NCBI GenBank assembly: GCA_043228905.1
Contig: JBHGNT010000014.1
Location: forward strand, 10,788,001-10,852,000
DNA from: Azolla caroliniana
Lineage: Eukaryota > Plantae > Polypodiophyta
Length of the DNA: 64,000 nt
Reading direction: 5' to 3'
The first letter of the stretch is position 1. Each line of letters starts with the position of its first letter. Shown piece after piece: positions 33,117 to 45,922 of this stretch. The translations under genes and the position numbers were made by a program. The notes beneath the pieces are model-generated. The model saw only the letters and a program-made list of their open reading frames with translations, did not search any database and was not told where the DNA came from.

Positions 33117-36083
33117 TCATTGTTCACCCAAATTGTCCAAAATACTTTGTTCCAGAGTTTCCAATTGTTCTTCCGGTTGTGGTTGTTGCGGCTGTGCTTG
33201 CTGCTGCTGCTGTGGTTGCGGTTGGGACTGAGACTGCTCCGGCTGCTCTATAGGCGGCTGCTCCGTTTGTTTCTCTGACTCCGGCATCTCCGTTTGACTG
33301 CTTCCGGTCCGGTCTCCTTCCAGTAACGATTCCTCATCACTGAGGTTGACCGTAACCGGTTCTCGTGCTTTCTCTTCCCGGATCCGGGACCTCTCGTAGC
33401 TTTCAAACTGGATCTGAGCCTCCAGCCTGTCGTCCAGCTGAGCTACAAGTTGCCGGACTTGCCCTAGTTGGTCCTCTGCCAAGGCTTGAAAGTCTTCGGC
33501 CAGCTCATCTCTTATGCCGGTGAAGTCTTCGGAAGTCAGCATATAGCAATCATCTCCCTCCTTCCGCCGGTTCTCTACGTCGGCCCGGAGCAATTGGAGT
33601 TCCGCCGCATTCGTGGCCCACTTGGTCCACCATTTGACGGAACCGTTGTCAATCAAGCTCTTGGTCTGGTTCAACCAGGCCCGCATGATATCCTGGATGC
33701 GACTTGCTCCCATTTGCGCTCTACTTTCCACAACTTGTCGTTCCTCCTTCAACTACTTGATGAGATTAGCCGTATCCTCCGCCTGCTCTCTGTAGCGCGT
33801 CAGCTGCCCTTGATATGTTGTTTGCAGCCTCTGCAGTACCTCCGCCGCTCTTTCTTTTTCCGCCTGTTGTTGCCTGAGGAGCTCTGTCCGAACCTTCTCC
33901 TCCTCTTCCAACCGTCTTCTGGTTTCCGCTTGTTCATTAGCGTATGCCGTTGCGGTCCGATCAACTGCTTGCCGGAGCTCATCCGTCCGTTCCTTGTGCT
34001 CCGTTTGCAACCGTTTATACTCCCGGTGCAAGTGCTCAAATTCCTCCGTTTTTTGTTTGAGCTTGCCATTGATCTGGCGATGGTTCTGGTCCTCCCGGTC
34101 CTTTAGCTGCCGGAGTTCCTCTTTCAGGCGCTCTACTTCTGTTTCGGCGTTTCTCCGGAGCCTGTCCTTCTCTTGCAGCATTTTCTCCCTCTCCTCCTTG
34201 AGCCGGTCGTACGCTTGGTGGCCTTTTCGTAAGCTCTCCTCGGCCCGGCGTAGATTCTCAGCAGTCTTTTTAAGTTCTGCCTCCGCTGCCGTCTTCAACT
34301 CTCTCTCGCGGCTCCTCAGTGCTTCTTGGGCAGCTAGCTCATCCTTTAAGTCCGCAAGCTCTTGGGCTTGTGCCGCATTTCTCTCTGGAACGGTTTCCGT
34401 TGCCGGGGTCTGATTGCTATGTACAAGTTGATCTGACGCTTTATTTTGTACATTGCCCGGAGTCACCGGTGCTTGGACTTGTGTTGTCAAAGCCAATTGA
34501 GCCATTTCCCTTGTGACCCTGTCCAAGTCTTGTTCAAGGCTCCGGATTCTGGACCGGGCCGTCTCTAGATCTACGGTTGTGACGAGCAACCGTTCGTGGT
34601 GCGCTCTCTCCTCCGCCTCTATGTACTCGACCGCTCCGGCAATCTGCTCGCCTACCCACCGTAGCCACATGCTACTCGTGCCTTGCTGCTGTACTACTCG
34701 GGTCGGCTCGTTCACTGTGGAATTGTCTGGCCTGAGTGCCTGTATCTGCCGTTCTGGTTCTACTCCTTGGCCGCTGTGTGTGCTGGCTGGGCTCGCCGGC
34801 TGTTGAGTTCCGGTTCTCGCTGTCTCCGGAGCCGTTGGAATGACCTTTTGTATAGAAGTCGACAAGGCCGGTTCTATACGCACCGGTTCCGGTTCCTCCG
34901 TTGCGGTTTGCTCAGGTTGAGTTGGGGGCGTTTCTTCCTTTTGCGGGTCCGAACGCTCCCCCGCTGTCCCGACGGTCCTACTTCTTGACCGTCGTTGGAG
35001 GTGCTCTACTGGCTCCTCCGTTTCCTCTTCCTGGGTAACGGCATGTATCTGTGCCGTCAAGGGTTCCGGTTCCTTCTGTCCCGGTCGCCGTATGGTTATC
35101 TTAACGGGTAGGACCGGTGACACCTCCTCCGGTTCTGGGAGCCGTTTCTTCCCTTTCGTCGCCTTCGACGCCAGCAGTTGCTGTCGTTTGGACGCGGGCT
35201 TCGAGGTGCTTCCTTCCGATAATCTTGGCCGCTTCTTTGGCTGAACGGTCTCGACCAGCGGCACGAGCAATGTTATCCACTGAGCTACGGCATGCCACAG
35301 CTTCCGGCCCTCCTTGCCGTCCTTTCCTCGTACCATGTCGATTGCCGCGCACAAACCGTCTGCAATCAACACCGGCCAGTCCACCTTGATCCCTTCATAG
35401 GTGGCTATGATCATCCCTGCCCGATTTTTTGGCATGACAGGGGGTCGGGGGTACACGTGGCCGTACTCATGGAGCACTCGAGCTATCTCCCTGAATAGCG
35501 GATCTTCGCCGCCCTGCGTTCGATAGCCTTTGCCGGCTAGAGAGTACTCACCGAAATATCGGATGAGTTGCTCCGAGGTTGGGTTATCGATCTGAAAAAT
35601 ACCTCCCTCCGGAAGGCCTGTTAGCGCACGGATCGCTTCCTCGGTGATGACTTCTGTGTCGAGCTCCTTGATGACCCGGTCGACTTCTTTGTGCGGTGGT
35701 GCCTCCATGATGGTCAGGAACCCATCCAGTCCGTGTTGCCTGAGCCATTTCCTGGCCGCTTCCGACAGCGTTTGTGGGTCCATGTCTGCTTCGAGGTCGA
35801 GGAAAGATGGCGAGGTAGAGTGGTGATGAGAGTGAGAGCGAGAGAGAGAGAGTTCCGAACGTGGGGGTTCTCTGAGTGCAGGTTCGCGTCTGATAAGCTT
35901 CCACTGCCTTGGTGCTTCTGTGCTTCTTGGCTCGCGAAATGAAAAGGTCTCCATGCGTTCTGCTTTTTCTCTGTGCGTCTTGGCGCCTTTTCCGAGCATG
36001 CGCACGTCGTGTACCAATTTAGTGTTAAGTAACGTGGTGGCTCTTAAATGCCCACTACGTACCTTTTCGCTCCTTGCTTTCAT
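33117..36083 (-). pseudogene. Extra 3' ORF of the gypsy element (~890-990 codons, one internal stop): globular N-terminal domain, P/E/T-rich linker, long coiled coil
   Basis: ORFs 33753-36083 and 33117-33752 are in frame across one TAG. Likely start is MDPQTL at 35783. E/K/R/Q/L heptad-rich region. Confidence 0.8.
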
Positions 36084-36148
36084 GTCCGTTCATACCTCGA
36101 TTTTTAATGATTTTTTTTTTTTTTTTTTTTTAATGACGGTATGTGATC

Positions 36149-39100
36149 TTACACATCCGTAGGTCCCTTCGGACCCTTACCGTTTTCCTTACGGGTTGCC
36201 GTGTCTTCCTTCGCCTCTGCTACGGGTTCCCCGTCGTCTTTTTCTTCCATCCGTACCGTTCCCGGACAGGTTCCCGGTATAGTGCCGGTGGGCTGCATAA
36301 ACGGGTTACTTGGCATCGGTCCTTTATAGGGCTTTAGTCTAAATCCGTTGACCCACTTGCCTAGCACTTCACCGGCAAGTGTCCCTAACTGATAGGACCC
36401 GTTGTATTCCCGTGTCAGCCAATACGGGCCTGTCCATCTAAACCGGAGTTTACCCGGCATCTTGCCCATCCTCGTTTGGAATACTAGCACCGGCTTTCCG
36501 ATTTCGAACATCTTCTCATTACCTTTCCGGTGACGGTCAACGAACGCTTTCCGTCGTCGTTGCTCCAGTTCCATGTGTAGGATGCTGGCCAGCCGTTGTT
36601 CCTCCAGTTCGCATAGTGCTGCTAGCTGCATTTCCTCCGACTCCTTTTCATTCAGCCGTTCCCGTAGTTGGATCCGTAAGCTTGGTACCTGAAATTCTAC
36701 CGGCATGACCGCCTCTAAGCCGAACGCTAACCGGAACGGCGTTGTCCGGATACTTGTTTTGTATGCCGTTCGGTACGCCCATAGCGCGCTATGGAGCTTT
36801 GTATCCCAGTCCGTCCGGTTTTCATTGACGATTTTGCGGAGAATGTTCTGGAGCGTTTTGTTGGTTGACTCCGCTAACCCGTTTGCTTGTGGGTAGTACG
36901 GTGTGCTCCGTTTATGGACCACGGCATAGAACGTTGTTAAGCTTTCAACTACCTGGCCGAGGAAGTGCCCTCCTTGGTCGCTGATTAATTCAATCGGACA
37001 TCCATATCGGCACCAAATGTTCTCGTACAGGAATTTTGTTGTGGATGACGCGGTGTTGTCTCTCAAGGCCTTAGCCTCCACCCATTTAGTGCAATAATCT
37101 GTTGCCACGATGACATAACGATTACCTGTTCTCATTGCCGGTGGCTTGAACGGTCCGACAAAATCCAACCCCCACTTCTGGAATGGCTCTAGTGGAAGTA
37201 CCGGTTGGTGTGGCATACGTGCTTGCTCCGTAGGCTGGCCCATTCGTTGGCATAGGTCACATTCCTTAGCATACTTGACGACGTCTTTTAACGTCGTGGG
37301 CCACCATAAGCCGCTCTGCCATACTTTCCTTGCCGTCGCTTCCTCGGCATAGTGTCCTCCGGCAACCCCACAGTGTGCTTCCCGTAAGATTACTTGTTTC
37401 TCGTCACTACGGACTGCCCGTCTCCATATTCCATCTGCTCCCTTGTGGTAGAGAGTGTCCCGTAACAGACAGAAATTGCGGTTCTGCACCGCCAGTCGTT
37501 TCCTCTCGTCCCGGTTCATTTCCTCCGGTGGCAGGCCCGTGCTTAGGAACTGGTGCATGTTTGTCAGCCACCTATCTTCTGATGCCACAGTGTCGTCCGC
37601 TGCCGTTTCCGGGGTGATACGGAATAACTCTGCGTCCGGGAATTCATCCGATACTCCGTCGCCTGATTCTCCGGACTCTAACCGGCTCAGGTAGTCTGCT
37701 ACGGCATGCTGGATACCGGGCCGGTGGAAGATCTCGAATTCGAACTCCTGCAACAGCAAGGTCCAACGGGCCAACTTACCGGTCAGGGACGCCTTGGACA
37801 CTAAGTACAGGAGCGCCGAGTGATCCACATGAAAGGAGAACTTCCTTCCCAATAGGTAATGACGAAACTTTGTTACATTGTAGATCATGCCCAGGGCCTC
37901 CCGTTCCGCAGTCGAATAGTTCTTCTCCGCTTGGGACAGCTTCCGGCTGGCGTAATATACCGGCCGGTACCATTTAGGCTCCGTAAGTTGCATTAAGGCG
38001 CTGCCGATAGCGATGTCGGAAGCGTCCACGAACACATGAAATTCCTTGCTCCAATCCAGAGGCTGCACGACGGGTGCTTGCGACAAAAGTACCTTCAGGG
38101 CATTGTATGCCTTATCCTCCGTATCCGTCCATTGGAACGGTGTCCGATGTACCGCGGTGTGTAATGGTGTAGCCAAGTCAGCCAAGTGACGGAGCATCCG
38201 GCTGTGCCACCGGATCTGTCCTAAGAATCGGCTTAGTGCTTTGGCCGTTTTCGGCGCCGGTGCCCCTAGTATCGTGTTTACTTTGTCTGGGTCGATCGCA
38301 ATGCCCTCCTTACTTACAATGTGTCCCAGTAAGATTCCACTTGAAACCCCAAAGATGCATTTTGCTGGGTTTAAGCTTAGCCGGTATAACCTACACTTTT
38401 CAAGGCATAACCGTAGGTGCTGCAAATGGTCTTTTTCCCGGCTATAGACTGCAAAGTCATCCAGGAAAACCTGCATGAAGGCTGGAATGTATTCGCCGAA
38501 GATCTCCATGATGATTCGCTGGAAAGTTGCTGGTGCCGTTTTTAGTCCGAACATCATTACTACGGCCACAAACACCCCCCATTCGGTGACGAACGCTGTC
38601 TTCTCCTGGTCGTCAGGGTGCATCCGGATTTGATTGTATCCGTTGAACCCATCTAAAAAGCTATAAACTTCATGGACGGCGACGGCATCCAGTACTCCAT
38701 CCGTGAACGGAAGAGGGAATGCATCCGTAATTGTGGCTGCATTTAGTTTCCTGTAATCTACACACACGCGGATTTTACCGTTCTTCTTTGGGACGACGAC
38801 GATGGGGCTCAGCCACGTCGCTTTCTTTACCGGCCGGATGAAGCCCACTCTTAGGAGTTTGTCGATTTCCTCCTTCACTTTGGCGGCGTAGTTGGGGTTC
38901 ATTCGGTAACGTCTTTGCGCCACTGGTTTCGCGTCCTTGCCTAAGTGGATCTGATGCTGATATAATTGAGGGTCCAGCCCTCGAATGTCTTCGTATGACC
39001 AGGCGAATACGTCGCGAAACTCCATGAGAAGTTTGATCATTGCCGCTTTATCTTCCGGCTTCATTTCTTTGGCGATGTGTACCGGCTTTGATTCGTCCTT

Positions 39101-41971
39101 GCTTCCTAGGTTCACTTCATCGAGCTGGGATGTTTTTACCCGTTGGGAAACGGCCATTTCCCGTTCCAACGCTTCCTGTGCTTGCCGTAATTCTCGAATC
39201 GAATCTTTGTCTGGTTCGGCTTCGGTTTCGTCCCGCTGCGGCAAGTATGGCGCTACGGCTTCAACCACGTCAATCTCGAAAAGTGGTACAATCTTCGGGT
39301 GTTCCTCCAAGTACTGGGCTTCTTCGTCGTCTGCCAACCCTTCAAGCATGTTCACGCATTCCGCATACAGCGGTGTGCATTCCTTACCGTTGCTCGTCGG
39401 TGGTTGTGTCGGTACCCGGACCTTGGCTTTTCCGCGCCGGAAGGTAATCATATTTTTCCGCCAATTTTGCTTGATGTGTGCTGTTTTCAACCATGGTCTG
39501 CCCAGCAACAGTGGGTACACGCCTTGCGCCTGTAGCTGCAGCACTACAGCCAAGATGTGAAATGTGTGACCTCCTATGGTGACTTCCAATTTCCGTATTA
39601 AGCCCGTCGGCCGTACAGAGCTCGTATCCGCCATCCGTAGCCAGAACGGACATGGCTCCCATTCATGTATACCCAAGGCATCACACGTGCGGAGGCTTAT
39701 TACGTTCACCCCGGAACCTCCATCGATTACTATGCCGGGAAGTTCGTGCCCTTTGACAATAGCTGTAATCACCGGACTACTAGTGTCCACCACCGTCGGT
39801 CCCTCCTCCGGATTCGAGAAGAGGACTGGTGCCGGTGGGGCTATACCGTCTGTCATGACCGTTTTTAGTCCTTCCGTAAATCGCGGCACGAGCTGCAAGA
39901 GTCTTCCTAATGGCAACGTGATCTGACATTCTTGCAGTGCTTGCCATGTCTCGTTTTCTGCGTGGCTACCGCCGGCACTCCCTATGGTATTCGCCTTTTG
40001 CCGTTCCGCGTCCGCGACGTTCCTTTCATTGGCTTCCTTCACCCATTCCGTCACCTGTTTTCGTATGGCCTCTTGTGTTTCCCACTCTTTGGCCATGCCT
40101 TTCGACCGTGTGGTTACTTGCTGTACATCCGCCACTTCCGGAACCACCATATTAACTGCTGGTCGTTTATCGTAGCTCTTTGCCGGGCACTGGTTACTGT
40201 AGTGGCCTTCCTGCCAGCAGTAGTAGCAGTACTCTTTACGGGTATTGCTGGATTCAGCATTGCTGGTAGCCGGAGTCGGTCCCGTAGTGAGTGGTGCGTT
40301 CTGTGCCGGTTGGCTCCTTAGGGTTCCATGTTCCGGGTCCCTAGTGTGACCACCTTTCTTGAAATTACGTTTCTTATTATTCTTATTTTTATTTCGGTAG
40401 TCCTGTCGTCGTGGATCGTAAAATCGGCCGTAGTCCTCCTGGTGCCTTCGGTAACCAGGGGAATGGTCTCTGTCGTATTGCTCGTGTCGTCTGTTGGACT
40501 CCCGATAACGGTCCGATCGCTCATACCGGTCGTAGTTATCATGCCGATCCCCGTACCGGCCATCATTCTCTTGTCTGTCTCCGTACCGGACATCCTGTGC
40601 CGGTCGGTACCGGTTCATTCTTTGCCAACGATCTTCATCTTCGTCTCAGCTGCTTCTTGGCTCGATCCGTCGAACGGGTGGTGCTTGTCGGTTTAGCAGG
40701 TTATACTCGCACCGGTCCGTTGTATGACTCTTGGATTGACAAATCACACACTGGGTTCGCATGGTGCACTCCACTGCTGAGTGTCCGGCATTCAAGCAGA
40801 TTGTGCATTGAATTGCCTGCCGGAACCGGAGATCTTCATCTGTGGGTAACGCCCGTTGCAGTGCTCCCAGTGTAAGCCATGAGCTTGACTTTTCCATTTC
40901 TCTGACCCGGTCAATGACCTGGTCAATGGTGCTTCCTCGAAAGTCGATCACCGTACACACCGTGCGTAACGATTCCCGGAGTGCGTTTAAAAATATCGTC
41001 CGTAATTCCTCCTCCGGGGGTGCACGGGTAAGCTGGCTATGTATTTGTTGGAAACGGATGACGAATTGGGGAATGCTTTCCCCTGCCTCCTGTCGGATCG
41101 TATAAAACAGGCCCACCATCGTCGTCTGGTCGACCTCCTTGTGGAAAAAATGCAAGAATTTTGCTTTTAATTCTGCAAAGGTTGTGATGGTTGCCGGGTC
41201 CTGCGTCCGCCGCCATTGTGCCGCTGGTCCTTCCAACGTGACCCCGAATTCCGCTATCTTCGAGCGTTCTTCTTCCTCCGGTGTCAATCGCTAGGACGCG
41301 TGATTTGCTTCCCATGTCTGCTCGAAGGCATGAACATGCGCTTCCGCGTCCGGATCATCGCGATACTTTGAGTATTGGAACGGCATGTCGTCGTCCAGTA
41401 TTAGGCCGCGGTTTAGTGGCGTTTGTCGATATCTTTCCGGTTTTCTCTCCTGTTCCACTTCCGGTTCTTTTTCCGGTTCCTTCACCGGCTCTTTCGTTGG
41501 TGTCGGTGGCTTTGCTTCTTCCACTTCCGGTGTTGGTGGGTTGACGGCTTCCGTTTGCGGTTCCGGATAGCCCTGGTCGAACGGTTCTGGTTCTGGAGTC
41601 GGCACGGTATCCGACCCGTCGTCCTCCGGGCCGCCGGGGGTATCGTTGCTGCTCCGGTAGTTCGTGTGCACGCTGTATCCCCCTTCGGAATCCGATTCGT
41701 AGGCTGAAAAGGCTTCTGCCTCGTTTTCTCCGCTTGCCAGCGCCTCGAGGAGGCGTTCGGTTTCCCGGAGACTACTTAGACCGCTTCCGTCGTCCTGGTC
41801 GCGAGTTTGCTGTAACCGAAGAGATTCCTCCGCGACTCTCCGGATCTCGTTGGAGAACGAACGATCCGAGCGAATTTCGTGCGCTGCTTGCTGGAAAGTC
41901 TCACGCCGTCTTTGCCGTTCGGCGAGGCGTCGAGCTCGGTCTGTAACCAGGTCGTGCGTTGGTCTAGTCAT
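36149..41971 (-). pseudogene. Gypsy gag-pol (1941 codons, two in-frame stops in gag): CCHC knuckles, PR, RT, RNase H, integrase
   Basis: IDGGSG protease, LDGFNGYNQI and FLDDF RT, VDASD and ADYLSR RNase H, H-H-C-C zinc finger, GLDFVGP, SDQG, QANGLAE and RWTGPY integrase. ORFs 41291-41971, 40646-41287 and 36149-40618 share one frame. Confidence 0.95.
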
Positions 41972-42008
41972 CCATTAAGCCGTCGTTCGTTGCGAGAAAG
42001 CAGGAATC

Positions 42009-42018
42009 GTGGTCGCCA
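42009..42018 (-). promoter_or_regulatory. Primer-binding site, tRNA-Arg(UCG)-like
   Basis: Minus strand TGGCGACCAC, 6 nt downstream of the 5' LTR. Confidence 0.75.
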
Positions 42019-42024
42019 AAACTG

Positions 42025-42443
42025 TGTTGTTCTCTGACCGGACAAGGCCTAACACAAGGTGTCACGGAGACACTTCACCAAAGGGTGATTACGGCATAGG
42101 ATTATGACTCAACGATTACACCGACTTAAGTAGGTTACACGATTAGAGCGCTTTTGTTAATTACACGCGTAAGATATAACAGTAATTACAGAACGGAAAT
42201 CAACACAGAAGTATAAACACCATACGCTCTATTAATTATCCGCTGCGATTACAATGGGGTCCGGGCCTTTAAATAGGTTTCCAGCCCGTAGTACAAAACG
42301 GTGCCTATCACACCTATTCGGGATCCGTCCGGATCTGGAACGGCATACCGTTTCCAGTCCGTCCGTCCACACTATGCTTATTTACAACCATACTTAATTA
42401 ATTCCTTCACTCCGTATTTTGGACTCCTTGCCAGCCGGTAACA
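42025..42443 (-). repeat. 5' LTR of the gypsy element
   Basis: Direct repeat of 32646-33064, followed by the PBS and gag. Confidence 0.97.
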
Positions 42444-45108
42444 ATTTGCTTCGGAGTTGGCATGATAACATCATCACCAATGGTCTCTCTAATTGCGTCC
42501 ACATGAAAGATGGTAGTCCTGGGGCCCAAACCGCTGATGCATACATGAGAGAGGGAGTCACTAATGAGTCAAAGAGCCACCCTTTAGTTCGTGGCTCTTG
42601 GAAGTATGCTTGGTGGCATTGTCTCTCGAGGAGTGAGAGGGATGCATGTCCTCTTGTAATTCTATCCTTCGCTGCTTGTGTCATCGAAAATTTACTTGAG
42701 CGGGCACTGAAAGTGACTCCGAGATAGACATATGATCCAACCACCTCAACTGGGCTATGGGAGATAGTTAGGTGACACTTAGCTCTAACTTGGGCCGACT
42801 TGTGGAAGATAAGGACTTTAGTTTTCCCTAGATTCACTACCAATCCTCGTTGTGTGCAAAAGTCATCTAAGGCATTAAGGTGCCTTTGTAGGTCGTGTTC
42901 GGATTCAGAGAGCAAAACTATGTCGTCTGCATAGAGCAAGATACGCACCTGCGTATCCCCCAAGACTACTCCATTGCCTCCCTTACGAGCAATAAAATCT
43001 GTGATCTCATCAATGTAGATCCCAAAAAGAGTCGGAGATAAGGGGCAACCTTGTTTTACACCAATAGTGCTAGTGAAACTATCAGATATGCCACCTGGGC
43101 ATCGAACACACCCGGACACTTGTTCATATAGTGCGTAGATGGCCCAAACCATGTCATCTGGTATCCTCAAGCTCTTAAGCCTATCAAACAACCGCTCTCT
43201 AGGGACCGTGTCAAAGGCTTTGCGGAAGTCCACAAAACAACAATATAGTTTCTTCTTGCGAGCCTTAGTCTGGTCAATTAAGCATCTAAGTGTGAAGATA
43301 TGGTCAATAGTGGAGAAGGCTCGTCTAAAGCCAGCCTGTTCAGGTGCACGAAGATTTAAGGTCTCCATATACTCGCTAAGCTCTGCCTCCATTACTGCAC
43401 CATATAATTTAGCAAGGGTATGACCTATCATAATGGTCCTATAAGTATTTGGGTCCATGGGGTCCCCCCCCTTATGTATGGGGGCCACTGTGTTCATGGT
43501 CCATTGTGATGGGAAACCCTCTGCAAGGGCACGATTGAAGATTAGAGTTAGCAAGGGAGTTAGGCACTCTCTCGCGTATATGATGTGTTCTGCTCGCAAT
43601 CCTGTGTGGTCCATGGACTTCCTATGTTGTAATTTCTTTATGACCTTCGTGACCCTAGAGGTCGTGAAGAGTGTCCCCACAGTAGGTCGGGGTGTAGAAG
43701 GCATTGGAATGGGTGGTTGGTTTGGGATGTGGTAAAGTCTCTCTGTATAAGTGTGCCAAGTTTTGGGATCTTCGATGGGTGTTTGTGTTCTTGGTTCCCG
43801 TAATCTCTTCCATGTAGTGGCACAATCGCTACTCACGAGCACGTGGTAGAGTTCCCAATATTGGGATGCCTCCCATGCTCGTCTCTTACGACATGTCATC
43901 TTGCGCATTTCTTTACGAGCTTGTACTGAGGTAATACTACCACTGAGTTGCGATATTGTAAGTTGTCGATGTAAGCACCTACAATTCTCATCATACCATC
44001 TATTTTGTGGCATAGATCCTACTTTACCTTGATTGGAGTGTTTCGTGTATGGGAAACTGCTAACCGCTGTAGAATGAAGGATGTGTGTGAGTTTCGTACT
44101 AAGGCTCTCTAAAGGTAGGGAGGGATCAAGGGAGGAGAGATGGGCTTGAACATGTCGAGCATATATGTCAGAGAGCTCATGTGTGAAATGTATTGTGATG
44201 TCATGGCGTGGTTGACTAGAGTTGGTGACGTTAGAGATATCGCATTTTATCTCGAAGTATAAGAAACTATGGTCCATGCCAATAGGACATGGGGCCACTC
44301 GGAAGGAGTTAATCATGTGGGTAGCTTCAGGGCGTCCTATTAGATAATCGACTTTGCTTTCCCCTCCTCCATGTGGGAAACATGTGAGCTCTTCCGAACC
44401 TAGCCACTTGGCTAAACCATTATATATGACCATCTGGTGCCGACTACTGAGTTCGAGCAAATGATGGCCAAAGCTCGTGGCGTCTGCACCTTGATCCTTT
44501 GATCTACGTGTGGTGTCTATGTCTAAAGGATCGACATTTACCATTTCTAGGTTTCTATTCATTTGAAATATTGTGCATTGTCGGGATTGGGTTCTCGCAT
44601 TAAAGTCTCCTACAAGGAATACTTCGCCTTGGGAAGAATATCGGATTATGTCATCCGATAGAGGTTCATATGGGGAAGGTCCATGTGGCACTCCGTCATC
44701 AACTAATCTCGCCTCGCCAGCCAGATTATAACGAGAACCTTTCGGGGGGAAGTAACAAATGGCGAAAATTACTGCCTTGTCCTTGCTTGTGGAGACTTTC
44801 ACCCACATAAAACGAGCTTCTGGGTCTGTGCTCAGTATTTCTATCCTATTATGTAGCTCCCTCCGAAACAATATTGCGACACCTCCAGATCCCCTGGTAG
44901 TGCATCGACGTGAGGTTTGTCTAAAAGCCGACTCCCAACGAAATCCTTCGACTCGTGGGAGTCCCCTATTTGGGCTTTGGTGTGTTTCTACTAGGCAAAC
45001 TATATCTGATTCCTTTAATATCCCCTCTAGGCGGCCGGAGTGTGTCCAGAGTGCGCCGTTACAATTCCATAAGGTCATCCTAAGTGTGTTTTTTGTCACA
45101 TGGGCCAC
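42444..45108 (-). pseudogene. RTEX ORF2 N-terminal part (APE endonuclease and RT), open up to the gypsy insertion
   Basis: WNCNG, LVETH, GGVAIL, VGDFNART, VDYLI, MDH, QAGFR, DFRKAFD, GVKQGCPLSP, LYADD, YVYLG. Confidence 0.95.
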
Positions 45109-45114
45109 ACGCCG

Positions 45115-45922
45115 TCAATTAGTAGTGCGATCATTTATGATCACTCGTCCATCTCGATAAAAGGCGCGATGCCCGTCTTTGCGAGCTTGCATAACCTTTG
45201 GCATACAACTCTTGCGATGCTCAATTTGCATCTTGGTGAGGTCTTCATCGAGATAGATAGGGTCCCCACCCAATCCTCGAAGAATTGGTCTCTTCTTAAA
45301 GAAAGTGATTCTAGAGTCTAAGTCTTTAAATTGAAGAGCTAAGGCTCTCTTCCTAGTTGTGTCGCGTCCGGCCCTCCAAGCTTTGGTGATAGGTAGGGTC
45401 GTTGTGTACCCTAACATTTTCCCGAGTGTTTGTGCATCCTCGTCCGGGGATGCACCTTCCTTGAGCCCAGTGACACGCACATTTAGGCGTCGGGCCTGAC
45501 GCATTTTCTCCTCTTCGAGGGTGGTATTAACAATATTTTCATCCTTTATTTCTTTTTTAATGTTTCTTTTAACCACATCTACCCAACCCGTTTTTGCTAA
45601 CTCTATGTTATTTTTAACCTCCTCTTTAACTTTTTTGATCTCATCTTTTATATCCTCTATGGAGGATATTTCACCATCCTCTCGGGATACCTTGATGTCA
45701 TTAAGTTATTGTTTGAGGTTTGTGTTTTCCTCTTTAAGTTTTTCTATTTCGGCCTTGAGGGTGTCTTTTTCCTCTCTATCTTTTTTCTTGTGGGTTTCGG
45801 CGTCTTTCACCCATTTTTTCATATCCGTCTCTATTTTTGTTAAACGGTTAAACATATCATAAAAAGTCCTCCTTACTTATAGCCTCGTCTTGTGTATCCT
45901 TGTGTTCCTTTAGTTTAGACAT
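45115..45922 (-). pseudogene. LINE ORF1 (coiled coil plus RRM/CTD-like region) with a frameshift and a stop
   Basis: K/E-rich coiled-coil stretch at 45580-45860, followed by RRLNVRVTGLKE...RAGR...IYLDEDLT, a pattern typical of L2/CR1/RTEX-type ORF1. Ends 6 nt before ORF2. Confidence 0.75.

Larger units (their letters stand above)
32646..42443 (-). mobile_element. Young full-length non-chromovirus Ty3/gypsy element with an extra 3' ORF
   Basis: Two 419-bp LTRs (32646-33064 and 42025-42443), TG...CA, with about 4 differences by eye. Perfect TSD ATTTG. Single gag-pol frame; no chromodomain and no extra RNase H seen. Confidence 0.97.

Noticed and set aside
33753-36083. Captured host myosin/SMC-like gene, or a retroviral env
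   Set aside because: The ORF is intronless and inside the LTRs, with no motor or ATPase motif and no visible signal peptide or transmembrane segment. Coiled-coil composition alone is not evidence of homology.
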